From Octopus sinensis (lineage: Eukaryota): a DNA stretch of 64,000 nt. The translations under genes were made by a program, and so were the position numbers. This document shows positions 12,621-25,838 of this stretch, in pieces. A model generated the notes under the pieces. That model saw only the letters and a program-made list of their open reading frames with translations, did no database searches and was not told the origin of the DNA. The stretch covers positions 71,610,001 through 71,674,000 of the forward strand of contig NC_043006.1 of NCBI RefSeq assembly GCF_006345805.1, in the 5' to 3' direction. Positions within the stretch are counted from its first letter, which is position 1, and every line of letters starts with the position of its first letter.

Positions 12621-13099
12621 TAGTTCCAAAAGTGAACTTTGGATACTCAATCATTCATCTTTCTTACATCAGCCTATAGTGAATCTCTTCACTGAATTCT
12701 TCTCTTACATTGCGGACTCTTTGGTAGAAAAATGTAGATTCAGTTTCAAATACTGGCTTAGAATCTAGGAAGTTATTTGTTACAAATCGTCATCTCAACT
12801 GAATACTGCTTTGGCTAGATCAACATTGGCATAGCTGGCAGAGCAAAGGGTTGGTCTGCCCCATGGCAGCATTTTTGGGTTTGCTGTCCGTGCTGGTATG
12901 GATTTGGGTCTAGTGTGGGGGGTGACAAACTCAAGGACTGTTCTGTCCAACACACACTCTAGCTATGCCACTGTATAACAAGATAAACTTGTTGAATTCT
13001 GGAACCAGTGGCATTGTTCTAAGTATGATAGAAAGTAATCCAACAAACTCACACTTTGCCATTGTCAGTGGCATTGAGCACCATGTAGTGGTCTTGTGA

Positions 13100-14150
13100 T
13101 CTATGTTTTGTAATGACATTACTGGAGCTCCAATCTTGATCTTGATGGTGTGAGGAGGAAGGCCACATGTCTTTAGTAAATTCAAAAATTTTAAAGGATA
13201 GAGAAAAAGATTTATTTCCTTCTGCCACTGAATCTATACTTCTTAATATAATCACATTTCTGTAGTTTGTTGGTAAATTGACAAACAAATTCACTTCACT
13301 CTTCTTTGGAGTTCACTATCAAGGTAGGAAGAATTACAATGATATCTTTATTTATCAAATTCAACAATGTTTGGAATCCTTCCTTCACCCAATTTCAACC
13401 ATCAATTTGCATGCAGGTTTAGCCGATTATATCTATTAATATTATAGTTATTCAGAGAATTTTGGACTCTCAAATTTGTATGTAGATGCAAAACTTTGCA
13501 ATGACTCCAAAGCAAAGATTTTTCTATGCATGCATTAATTAGTGAATGTCAAGTGGCTTTGCAAACTACTGGAAGAATTTGTCGGAAATCTCCACTAAGG
13601 ACTAATAATTTTCCTCCAAGGCGTTGCTCATTATTCATGACTTCCTGTAGTGTGCATTTTTAAAGTTTCAAGAAGTATGTCGGTGGTACATTGGGGCGTC
13701 ACCCCACACCAACAATTGCACATCATATAAAAGGCTGCATCATTAAGTGAGACATGCCACGTTGAAGCCAATGTTACAGGAATGGGGAACTAAAAGTGGG
13801 AATGAGAAATGCAGCTGAGCTTCAGCAGTGTCACCATGATACCAGAGAAAGCTGTAGCAAGAACAATTTCACTGTTTTTGCAAAACATAAGACAGCAGTA
13901 AGTTTAACAGGAAAGTCTTGCCTGTTACACCTGGAGCATCGATGAATAGCAAATCCCTTTCGTTGTTATCAATTTTCTTTTTGTTTTGACTGTTTCAAAG
14001 ACAATCCTCTGTTCATTTTTGACCACACCAATGTGATTATTGTAGTAGGTCTCTGCTGAAGGATCTATTTCATCTTCACAGGTGTCGTCTGTTTTTGGTT
14101 ATTAGCAGCAGGTAAATCAAAATCAACTGTTGACGGTTAGATAGATAAGG
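13100..14150 (-). pseudogene. Helitron PIF1-type helicase remnant (frameshifted)
   Basis: Minus-strand peptides LLFIDAPGVTGKTFLLNLLL (Walker A), IVLATAFSGIMVTLL, LGGKLLVLSGDFRQILPVV, RSIDSV, GLPPHTIKIKIGAPVMSLQNID in PIF1 motif order, with stops/frameshifts. Confidence 0.85.
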
Positions 14151-14390
14151 ATATGTTATCTTTTGCCCAGCATAACGTTGGGGGAGGGGGGAGGGGCAAA
14201 TTGAGAGTTTTTACAGCCTTTTTGACTTTAAGACAAAATATATTTCTTACAAATATTCACTTCCTTACAAAAACTATATCAGCTAAGGAAATGACCTTCC
14301 CTAAATGCATTAAAAGCATTATAACATAATTTGATCGCTATTTCAGAAAATTACTGCCGTTCTCTTTGAGCATATAAAAGACAAATTTGG

Positions 14391-15079
14391 CCGGGGCAAA
14401 ATGAGTAAGGCAAGATAAGATAGATTTGCCACCTCAATTTTTCAGAAAACAGACTCATACACATCAACATCTATCCCTTGACATAAGAAAGATCAGAAAT
14501 GCCAAAATTAAATTTTAAATGTCTTGGTCAAATCAAAGAGGATCGGGGAAAATGGCTTGTGATATGAAATTAACAAAACTCGATTAAATAGAAGAAAAAA
14601 AACTCAACATGAAATGTTATTTATGGCTTCATCACGATCTGCTGGAGTGTCCTCTTAGTGATATATTTACTTGCCATGCAGTTAAAGAGAAGAAATTGAA
14701 ATTAGACATAACTTATTTTAGACATCATTTAACCCATTTTAGACATCATTTTTTGAAACATGAAAATTATCAAATTAGATATTAGTGTGGGGGAAAATTG
14801 ACTTGAAAAGAATATTGGTTGATAAGCAACAAAAATCCTGATGTTTTATTAGCAACCTTAATTACAATCAGTTCAAAGTTGAGGAAAAATTTCTTGAGAA
14901 AAAGTAGACCTGCCACTTGACTATGTTTCGCGCTTTCTCAACTTCAACAACTATGCTGACCAGTTTTTACTCCCGAAGATGATGGAACAGTACAAAATAA
15001 TGCTATAATGTAACAATCACGTGCAGGTAGGGAGAAAATAACGAGAAAACAGAAGTTACTCATTTTGCCCCGGTTACTA
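14391..15079. mobile_element. Probable pogo-like non-autonomous DNA element
   Basis: Perfect 18-bp inverted repeat ccggggcaaaatgagtaa (14391) / ttactcattttgccccgg (15056-15073); related ggggcaaattgag at ~14193, so left boundary uncertain. Confidence 0.5.
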
Positions 15080-15614
15080 ATGTTTCCTCCCTGCCTCACC
15101 ATTCAACTTTTTAAACACCAAAAGTTTTCACTATTGTCGAAGGATTTGAATTCCCAACGCTTGTATTCGTCATACTGGATAAAAAATTTGCTTTCACTTT
15201 AACTGGAAGATTTATCTGCAACATTATCACTTTTTGTTTCATTTAGGTGGACGTTATTCTACACGTATACCTCTACAGATAACTTGAGTGGTAATACTAC
15301 AACCGGTCGCTGTTTGGTAGTCTATTGGCAAAATCAGTAGAGCGACGGACAAAATAACTTTGCTGGATTTAATAACGTCTCTTTACGTTCAGAGTTCAAT
15401 TCCAGTAGAAGATTATTATACTCTCAGCACCTTTGCACCTATGAAACTTATTAGAATACTATGTTACTATTTTCGGGGACATTCAATGGCTAATTGTTGT
15501 TGTTTAAAAATAAATTATATAAATGTTCGTACAGTTGAACATAATGAGTTAAATTCATTTATAAATAAATAAACAAATAAAACAAATTTTATGTATTAAA
15601 TTAAACAAAGTTTT

Positions 15615-15765
15615 CTTGCGATTGGCGTCGTTAAGTAAAATTTCTGTCGCATCAACATCAACAGTTAGCAATTTCATCCAATCAGGAAGTAGCTTTCTAT
15701 TCAGCCCGGAACACTTTGGCGGTAAAAATGGATGGATTGTTTGAAATGCCCAGAATTTGAATCTG
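15615..15765 (+). promoter_or_regulatory. Probable DBF4 cell-cycle promoter
   Basis: CpG-containing unique segment with ATTGG (15621), CCAAT (15678), GGAAGT ETS-like (15685), E2F-like TTTGGCGG (15715-15722), CHR-like TTTGAA (15740, 15756); ~4 kb upstream of first coding exon. Confidence 0.55.
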
Positions 15766-16559
15766 ATCTGCGGCATTTCCTCTTATTGAAGCAAACTTTC
15801 TTCAGCCGATCTCTTATGGTACTCCTGGAATTCGGTACTTTGGTTGGTGATTTTTGATTTCTCCTTCAATTTCTATTAAGTTATTCTATTCATTTAACGA
15901 TTAATTCCAGTTAACACTTTGAAAATCTCAGTCGTTTGCAGTCGTCTGTTTAATGTTATTGTCTCTTTCAGATTTTGGATTTTTGCCAGTTAATATTTAT
16001 AATAGAAAATATATAATTTCACTGACATGCTTTCATTTTAATTGATATCTGTTACAATTCTATGCTTGTAAATTATAGATGTTTATTCAAAACATTCGTA
16101 CGGATCCTAACCCAGTAATATAACCACCCATTAAGAAACGTTAAATGACCCTTAACTAATTTACTATTCCAAACAAACTGTAATGGTCTCTTACAAAAAC
16201 CTTGAATGAATACAATAAACTATCCAACAGGCGCCTGAACGAAATGTACGCATGTGAAAAACTCAATATCGGGGGAGTGGATCCATCATTAACTAAGAAT
16301 AATTAAACTCTGATATATGTATTGAGTGTTTTTCTACCGTTTATATATGTGTGTTTAGCTACAATCCCTAGGTATATATATATATATATAAATAACTGGT
16401 TTTCTGATTTCGATTATTCGACCCAGTCATACTGGAATCACCGCAACTTGAGGTAATTTTAGTCTGTCATATCGGCCCCAGTACTTCTTTCAGCCTGGTA
16501 CTTATCGTTCTCTGTCGAATGGCTGAGCTATCTTTTTACATAAATAAGCTGTAGAACAC

Positions 16560-18167
16560 TGCGCCTGTATTATATTTCAAGTCACGACATTTTAAAATAA
16601 GCTGTGTGTAGTTATACGAAAGTTACCGACATATATTTCATCTTGTGAGCCAGCAAGGGAGCCTCTACTTGGTCACTCATTCTACTAGAAATTACAGCCA
16701 AATCTCTTTTAAATCGTTCCCTAGTGTTTTGAAAATATATGGGTACTGAATAATGTCCTGGTTATACATGATAGATGGTCACGGTTGGAATGCTTTTTTA
16801 ATTATAGATCTGTTTGATCGGGACTGGTCTAGGGTTAAACGAATAATAACCAAATATAGTACTATTATTTGTATTTATGTGTCTATGAGGGTTACTAAGT
16901 GGTTAATAGACATAGTGACCTAATAACACTCTATCATCTTAAAAATGAATGCATTAGATATATGTAGTTTTAGTTACAATATGTCGGAATAGAAGATATA
17001 ATGGTTACCAGAAACATCTATTATAGGTTTTCCTGGATCTGGCTTAACCTGGTACTAATTTGCTCAATCAGGACTGAGCTGGGACTAAACTTTATTTTGT
17101 TCCTGATATATGTAATAGTGTGACCGTCCCAGCAGGTTGCTGTGTTATTAAAAACTTGGATTTTCAACTCAATGGTTCAAAGTTCAATTGCAACTGTCTG
17201 ATACTAGGGTCTTATTCAATAGCTTGGTATTACGGAAACCAATTGTTGTGTGTTAGATTTAATCCATTATCTTGTTTAGTACTACTACCATATGGCCTTT
17301 GAAGACCTTTATCAGGGTCCTCTCTGTTTCATTAATTTTGGGTCATGTCTGATGTGAGGATAACTACCTCCTACCTTTTACAGAGGCTTTGATTAACTCC
17401 TTAAAAAAAAGACCTTTTCCCTCCACTTTCGTTTTCCTACAATCTTCATAATAACACTGTTATTAGGAATGGCATGAAAACCATAATGATATACACTATT
17501 TATGTATGTGGAGGCACATGGCTTAGTGGTTAGAGTTTTATACTCAAGATTGTAAGATGGTGGTTTCAATTCCTGGATTGGGCGATGTGTTGTGTTCTTG
17601 AATAAAACAAAACATTTCACAGTCCACTCAGCTGACAAAAATGAGTAATCTTGCAAACAGACCAGCATCCTGTCCAGGGAAGAATATATACGCCAGAGAA
17701 CGCAGGAAACTGATCCCAGGCTCCTTACAGAGTAATGTAGACTAACCATATTTATGTATACAAAACTGGTGGCCCGTTTTTAAGATGATAGTGTTATTTG
17801 GTCACTATACCTAGTAAGTTAAGTAACCACTTAGTAACCCTCATAGACATGTAAATACAAATAATAGTACTATAATTGGTTAGTGTTTATTTAACCTTAG
17901 ACCAGCCCCGATCAAGCAGACCTATAATTAAAAAGGCATTCCGACCGTGATCATATATCTTGTATAACCAGGACATTATTCAGTATCCTTACATTTTCAA
18001 AACACTAGGGAACGATTTAAAAGAGATTTGGCTGTAATTTCTAGTAGAATGAGTGACCAAGTAGAGGCTCCCTTGCCGACTCACAAGAAGAAATATTATG
18101 TCGGTAACGTTCATATAAACCCACATAACTTATTTTAAAATGTCGTGACTTGAAATATACAGGCGCA
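16560..18167. repeat. ~390-bp inverted duplication (arms 16560-16945 and 17777-18167)
   Basis: Arm 2 reverse complement aligns to arm 1 along its length with long exact blocks, e.g. gcaagggagcctctacttggtcactcattctactagaaattacagccaaatctcttttaaatcgttccctagtgttttgaaaat. Confidence 0.9.
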
Positions 18168-19751
18168 GGCATTGTTGGTGGTTGTTTATAATTGCATGGT
18201 CCCAGCTTTGACTAAAGGCATGGGTTTCCTACTATAATTGCAGCTCAGAATAATTTATCAATTTCATACAAAAATTCATCATCAACCTGGCATTAATTGG
18301 ATGGTTTGACAGGATCTGATGGCTCCAAACACTACGTCATACTCCAGTGTCTGCTTTTGGTATGGTTTTTACAGTTGAATGCCCTTCCTGGCTCCAACCA
18401 GTTTATAGTGTGTATTGAGTGCTTTTCTAGTAAAATTGCTCTGCAGCTCACAAGACTATTACAGCTGGTGTGGGTGGTGCAGCTTTATGCTGGGGATTGA
18501 GGTATGAGAGAAGGGAGTGGGGGTAGAGCTGGTTCTTATAGAAGAGCTACATATCTACTCGTTTACAGGAGAGAATGAAAATGTATCTAGTTCTGTGAAG
18601 AGATAAATAGGGGTGAGCAATATGGTGTCCAGGTAGTGCCTCAAAGTACAATGTGAGCAGAAGTTAGTGGGAACAGAAACTAGGAGTGTAGGTGGAGGTT
18701 CTGTAGTGGTGGTGGTGGTGGGGGTGACGAGATATGGGAAGTGGGGAGGCCACATATATATATGTACACATTTGTTGATATTGTGGACAAAATATTTAGT
18801 GGCATTTTGTCAGTCTTTATGTTCTGAGTTCAAATTATGCCAAGATTGGAAGGTGGAGAGCTGGCTGAATCGTTACTACGCTGGACAAAATGCTTAGCGG
18901 CATTTCTTCTGACCTTATGCTCTGAGGTCGATCTTGCTTTTCATCCTTTCAGGTCTGATAAAATAAATACCCCCAAAATTGCTGGCCTTGTGCCAAAATT
19001 TGAAACCAATATTATGTGTGACTGTTTTATTAGTGTTTATTTGTATTAGGTTAACGTTTTTATAAATACCGTCTTTTTAAGTAATGTTCTGCACCATCAG
19101 GCCCTATCCATATGATTCCTAAAATTTAATTTATGTGTGTATTTGTTACAATGTTAAATTTCATTTTATATGTACATAGTCTTTTTATCTAGTTTTTGTA
19201 TGTTTTAGTGATCTATATCTACAGGTTTGTCAGATGAGTGATCATTGTCAAATCAGGAAGGATAGATTGATAAGACTTATACGGGACATGAGTGAGCAAC
19301 TCAGCTTACCATGGCTTTTGGAAACTTTTTTCCACACTCACAGTTGCTGAAGCATGGAACAAACTACTTTCATCAGTTATTAGTTGCCGATACATTGCAT
19401 TCTTTAAAACCTCCATGCTTCCTGAAATTTGCCAACACTACTTCTGATACCCCCCACCCCCAGTCCGTATGTATGCACATGTGTATATCATGAATCATAC
19501 AATGTTCACTTTCCTGGCTTTTGTATGTAATTCTGTGTATTGTTCATGCACCTTTGATGAGTTGTAGTGCACCTGAACACTATGCACAGTAATTTCATTA
19601 TTATTATTATATTATTTAATACATTTTCAAGATTTTTCTACTACTTGAGAATATTTATAATATCTTAACTTTTTTTTTTTATTGTAGCTTGCTGTTGAAA
19701 TCACCAAGTTGGTGTGGACCACTTCTGAAAAACAAGACACAGCAAACAATA

Positions 19752-19821
19752 ATGAAAAGGAACAAAATTGTGAAGGACAATCACTCTCATTCATGTGTCC
19801 CAAGTGGAACTAAACAATTAG
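19752..19821 (+). CDS. DBF4: DBF4/Chiffon first coding exon (exon starts 19688; MKRNKIVKDNHSHSCVPSGTKQL)
   Basis: Poly-T/tag acceptor at 19687, ATG 19752, donor G|gtgagc; phase 1 matches next exon. No homology support for this exon itself. Confidence 0.6.
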
Positions 19822-20737
19822 GTGAGCTGTTATATTCTATCAAGATATCTAGTGGAAGCATGTAGCTTAATGGTTAGGGTATTTGGCTCATGGTCATAAG
19901 GTCATGAGTTTGATTCTCAGTGGCGCATTGTGTCCTTGAGCAAGACACTTTATTTCACATTGCTCCAATTCACTCAGCTGGCAATTCAAAGGACCAGCCT
20001 TGTCGCATTCTGTGCCACACTGATCTCTCTTAGAACTATGTTAAGGGCAGGCTATTGTGTTGATCAGATCAACTGGGACACATTTCATTGTAACCGACAG
20101 AGTGCCAGTAATCAAGATACCTTTTGCAGTCACAGTCATATTTCTAAGAAAGTAATTTTCAAAGTTTGTATACTGCTTTTTGGCTGTAGTAAATAGGTAA
20201 GACTGAGAGGCAACTGGATTAAAAATTTTACATGCAGCTTGCTCTGCCTGACACATGAGCCACTCCATACAACATAGCCTGTCTGACAGCCATGTTGTAC
20301 ATTATATAATATATCCTCATACTGCACCCTATCAGAAGTTAGTGAGAAAGCCTTTACAAGGTTACTTAACCTGCTAGAAATTGCAGTCACATTTTCCTAG
20401 TCGCAACCTGTTGGTTTGGGAAAGGAAAGAAAACATTGAATAATGTAGACCTAGATACTCCTAAATAAATTGGTTAATCATAGTTAAAATACATTTGATC
20501 AGGATTGACCTGGGGTAAATAACAATATACTCTGTCTTAGAGCCATACTGCATTCTCTACAATCTATCTTGTCTGGTAGCCATGTTACAACCCTACAACA
20601 TGTCATTTCTGATAGCCATACTGCACCTTGTACAACAAATCCTGTATGAATGCTACACAGTAAACCATACAGTGATTCTCTTCCTTTTATTTAAATTTGC
20701 ATATGTTAAGTGGATCTGAACCATCTTCCTGTTTTAA

Positions 20738-23321
20738 CCCTTTCGTTACTATATTTCTGACCAAAAAACACCCCTCATGAGTTTCAATTAAATTCTAAAA
20801 TAATCATGAATTTAGACTAGTTTCATTAAGCAACTATAACTTTTTTACTTATGAACATATTAATGTGATATTTGGAACATAATTGAAGAAAGGGTTCTTA
20901 ATCAATTCCATTGCATAATTGTTGTCTCAAAGTGACTCTAATTACAGGTAAATCCAGGTAAACTGAGCAAAAGGTAAAAATATTAAAATTTTGTTTAAAC
21001 ATTACCATAGAAATTTAGTCCTCAGCTAATATTTAATTGAGGTATGCAACAAAATTTTGATATGGAAGAATTGTGCACATCACTAGATTATCAGTTGAAT
21101 TTAATGCACAGAAGAACAGGTGTACCATAAAGGTAAAATAAACTGAAATATTAGAATTTGTTTTTGAAGAAAACTAAAAAATTAAATACAACTGAATGAA
21201 ATATACTCACACACATACACAGGAACATATATAATAAAGATTTACAATAGAAATTAAATCAAAACTTGTCACTCACCTTACAGGCAAATTAAAATTACAG
21301 GTAAATTAAAATAAAAAGTTAAAACTAAGTAAATTTGAAAAATATTTATACAATTTAATTATACATATATACAAACAATATTTACACTATATTTCTTTCA
21401 TGGAAAGTTGTAAAACATCCCACTCTACATACTGCAACCTGGCAGAATGCACATTGGAAGGACGTTTCAACTGGCCGTCCACTGGGAGTTTTTCTTTTTT
21501 GATATAGACATTCACGGCACTGCCTTTTGCGACCCCCGATTTTTTCTAATTTATGTAGATCGGCTGAACTCAGAGAAATATCTCTCTGGCAGGCTTTGCT
21601 TTTCCTTCCTGCATTTATTTTTTTTGAGGAATATCCTGCCTTCAACTTAATTGCTACATCTGCCCGGAACTGCAGATGGTCGCACCGCTTGCGAACCCCT
21701 CCTGATTTGGTATATAATATAAATGCATTTACAATGCTCATGTTTGTTATATACCAAACCAGGTATCGCCACCATTTATTACCCGGTCTACCAACCGGAT
21801 AATAACTCATCATCTGGTTCATCCGATCCACACCGCCCATGTACTTGTTGTAATCGAGGTTCACAAACGGAGTGCCATTTTCATCTACACATGGTTGTGC
21901 ACTGGTAGATAGAAAATTTATCTGCCTCTTATCTCTGTATGCGGTCGCTAGCAGATTTCCTTTCTGCCGTTGGATTATTTCACCTTTTTTTTTTTATTTT
22001 GCTTTTTTTATATCCAACTGCAGCCCTTTTCTACTAGCAATTACTGTAGAACACGTATACGTTGCCACAGCTTCTAAATCCTCCGCAAGTTTGACCGAAC
22101 TGAAAAATCGGTCAAAAAATAATATATGGCCCTGGTTATGGTATGGAAGTGATAAATTCCAGACCACATCGTACCCTAGGCCATGCTGACTTACATAATT
22201 GTCTCTTTTCCCTGTATAAAAGTTAAATCCACAGCAGTACCCAGTATTTGATTCACATATCTTCCAAACTTTAATCCCCCATTTTGTGGGCTTTCCTGGC
22301 ATATACTGCCGAAAACGTACTCGGCCTTTATAGCCCACCATACCCTCATCGACGGATAAATACCTTCCAGGGTTATAAAATTTTTCGTAGGCATTTTGAA
22401 CACCGTCAATGAGGGGTCTTATTTTAAATAAGGGATCAAAGTTTGGTTCTCCACGTACGGGGGTACTGCTAGTGTCTCTCACATGTAAATACTGGCTCAG
22501 TTTTACAAATCTTATACGGGTCATAATGCTGGAAACACAATGATCCCCAAAAAGTTCCTGGTTGCTCCAGTAATTCGTTATTCTGGGCAATTGCCTTATG
22601 CCCATAATAATATTTATGGCAAAAAATGCCCGCATTTCTTTTACAGTTGTTGGGTACCACAAGCTGTCTTTTTTCCGTGTTTGTTTACTTTCTGCGTAAC
22701 GGTTTGTCTCCGCAGTTATAGCTTCAAACAAGCATACAGGAAAAAGAAGAAAAAAAAAGTCGATTGGTCTCGCTTCCTCAGAAAGACTATGGGTAGGCCC
22801 TGGCTCCCCAGAAAAATCGTCAATCGACACCTTTTTTAATTTTTTACTCCATTCTGGTGTAAATTTATCCTTTGTATCGCCGCTTTCACTTTCTGATGAA
22901 TCGCTTTCAGTCTCTGATGAATCGCTTTCGGATATTGAAACATCCGATTCAAATTCATCCACCACGTGCTTTTTTGCTTCATTCGTTCTTCTCGAAATCT
23001 CCAGATCTTCTCTTGAAAAACCTTCAAATTCGGAGTCACTGCTTGATAGCATAAAACAGATCTCCATTTTGAAAGTTGATAAAAATTTGGAAAAAAATCT
23101 CCAAAAATTCGCAGAGTTCAAATATCACGCCAAACAATGTCGGATACAATAACTCAAGTGTTAGCAAAGTGAAATCACGTGTTTTAACGAGTGTACCAAC
23201 GAGATTTGGGTTCAAATTTACATTTAAATAACAATAGGTTCTCACGGCCGGCTGTGGCCGGGTTAGTAACATAAACCAAAAAATTCAGCGGCCGGGTATG
23301 GCCGGGTTAGTAACGAAAGGG
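20738..23321 (-). mobile_element. Full-length piggyBac transposon (2584 bp) in a DBF4 intron
   Basis: Perfect 14-bp TIR CCCTTTCGTTACTA, TTAA TSD at 20734-20737 and 23322-23325, subterminal repeat cggccgg...tggccgggttagtaac twice, transposase inside. Confidence 0.95.
21382..23067 (-). pseudogene. piggyBac (PGBD4-like) transposase, 561 codons with a single in-frame TAA at 21994-21996
   Basis: SVDEGM, QYMPGKPTKWGIKVW, FDRFFSS, YNKYMGGVDRMNQ, C-terminal CxxC..CxxC..C..C..H domain; ORFs 21994-23121 and 21382-21864 are in the same frame. Confidence 0.92.
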
Positions 23322-23959
23322 TTAAAGCAATGTCTTTAGTAACAGCAGCATTACTGAACTAGAATTTATTGAACAAGACACTGTCCTGGCTTAGATATTT
23401 TCTTTAGGGTTCAAATCATACGAAAGACAGCTTAACTCTTCATTCTTTAAATGTTAATAAAAAGAAACTACTGTGCTGGAGTCACACGAAAATCACCATC
23501 CAAAGTGGCGATGCCAGTGCCCCCTGAGTGGCTCCCATGCCAGTGGCACGTAACAAGTACCATCCGAACACATTCGATACCATTGCCTGCTGACTGGTTC
23601 CATGCTGGTGGCACGTAAAAAGCATCCACTACACTCTCGGAGTGGTTGGCATTGGGAAGGGCATCCAGCTGTAGAAACCTTGCCAAATTGGATTGGATTG
23701 GAGCCTGCTGCAGCCTACTGGCTTGCCAGTCCTCAGTCAAACCGTCCAACTCATGCCAGCATGGAAAGCGGACGTTAAACGATGATGATGGCTGTTGTCA
23801 AGCTTAGACAATAGCTAGCTGCGTTGGAGTTTTAAGGTCACCTCCAAATCTGCATAGGCAAGTAAGAGGATTGCAGTATTTTCTCTATTGTTTCTTACAT
23901 AAACATGCAGGAGATAGGGGAGATGGGAATTGTATACATCAGGCTGCACCAGACTCCAG

Positions 23960-23991
<32 letters not shown>

Positions 23992-25729
23992 CATCATCAT
24001 CATCATCATCGTTTAACGTCCGATATATATATATATGATAGGCTTCTTTCAGTTTCTGTCTACTAAATCCACTCACTAGGATTTGGTTGGTCCGAGGCTA
24101 TAGTAGGTCAGAAAACAGCACAGCTCCCATGACTTCAGGAAACATTTTTACACGCTGAGAGTTGCTGAAGCATAGAACTAACTGCCGGCGTCAGTTGTTA
24201 GTTGTCAGACCACTGCATCCTTCAAAACTTCCATGCTTTCTGAGATTCACCAACACTACACCTGATTTTCTCCCCTCCATACACACACAAGCATGTATCT
24301 GACTTATACATTGTTCGCTTTCCAGGCATTTGTACATTACTGCATATACTCTATACGCACTTTCTGACAAGTTGTGGTGCACCTGAGCACTGTATACAAT
24401 AATTTCATTTTTATTATTATATTAAGACACTTATCCAAGGTGCCACGGAGTGGAACTGAACCCAGAACCATGAGGTTGGGAGGCAAGCTTCTTACAACAC
24501 AGCCACGTCTTTTTTTTTTTTTTGTATTTAAATTTATTGAATTAAAAAAAAGAAACTTGTATCTTTTGTACCTTGAACTTTATTATTTAAGTAATGTTTC
24601 TATATTACTCAAAACAAAAATGTTAATTTAAAATGAAACACAAATAACTCTTTGTTGTGACATTGGATTGTATGTTTATGGTTGCTTTTTATCTCCATTG
24701 TTTATGAATGGAGAGATTATATAGTGGGACATTGAGGTTAACAATCAGTTCACACTGAAAGCTGCGATCAGGTGATACAGAGCAAAGATTCTCATTCAGT
24801 TACAAGTTGTTCAATAAATTGATAGAACTCTTATTCAACATTATGTGACCTCTAATTTATTTATTTCTCAAAATTGAACCTTGAATTATCTATAGATGTC
24901 AACACTAGACATTTCGTCAGGATCTTTTTTTATAATTTTTCTCTACAGTTTCACTTGAATTCATTTAATAATAGGTTTCCATGCTGGTGTTACATAAAAA
25001 GTATGCAGAATACTCTGTAAAGTGGTTGGCTTTAGGAAGGGCATCTAGCTGTAGATACCTTGCCAGAAAAGACAATTGGAGCCTGGTGCAGCTCTCCAGC
25101 TTGTCAACTCCTATTTTCTTTTTTTTAAGCCTAGTACTTATCCTATTGGTGTCTTTTGCCAAACCGCTAAGTTACGGAGACATCAACACAGACTCACACA
25201 TAGATATATACATATATATATATACGATGGTTTCTTTCAGTTTCCATCTACTAAGTCTGATCATAAGGCTTTGGTCAGCCTGAAGTTATAGTATAAAACA
25301 CTTGCCCAAGGTGCCATGTAGTGGGACTGGACCTGAAACAATGTGGTTGGGAAACAAGCTTCTTACCATACAGCCACACCTTCACCTATGGTATGATTTG
25401 AGGGAGATTTTGCTGCATGAAGGAAAGTAGCAGATGAATAGAGATGGGGATAGAAGTAAATGCAGTAAATGGTGACCACAGGTGGTAGTATGGTCAATGG
25501 TGAATATCACTTAAGAGGATATGAAGGAAATGGAGTGGGTTGGGAGGGAATAAGTAGCAGCACAGATGATACGAATGTGTGGGGTGTGCAAGAGAGATGC
25601 ACAGTGCGAGAGATTAGGTCAGAGGTACATAGGAATGAAAATAGTGAGTGATGAACAAAAGTTCTGGGAGCTGTTGTTTGGCAGCATGAAAGGGCATACA
25701 GAGTAAAGGGGCATTCTGTGGAAAGTAAG

Positions 25730-25838
25730 GTGTGTATGATATGATACTGAAAATGCATCATACATTCTGCCTTTCACTCTAAGAGAGAAACCCTTTGTTA
25801 CCAATAGAGGTAATAGCTCTCTGAACTTGTTCCAGCCA
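25730..25838 (-). mobile_element. RTE-type LINE ORF fragment
   Basis: Minus peptide GWNKFRELLPLLVTKGFSLRVKGRMYDA, typical of the region downstream of RTE reverse transcriptase. Confidence 0.65.

Noticed and set aside
15555-15776. 73-aa minus-strand ORF MPQIRFKFWAF...
   Set aside because: No recognisable family; overlaps the motif cluster better explained as a promoter
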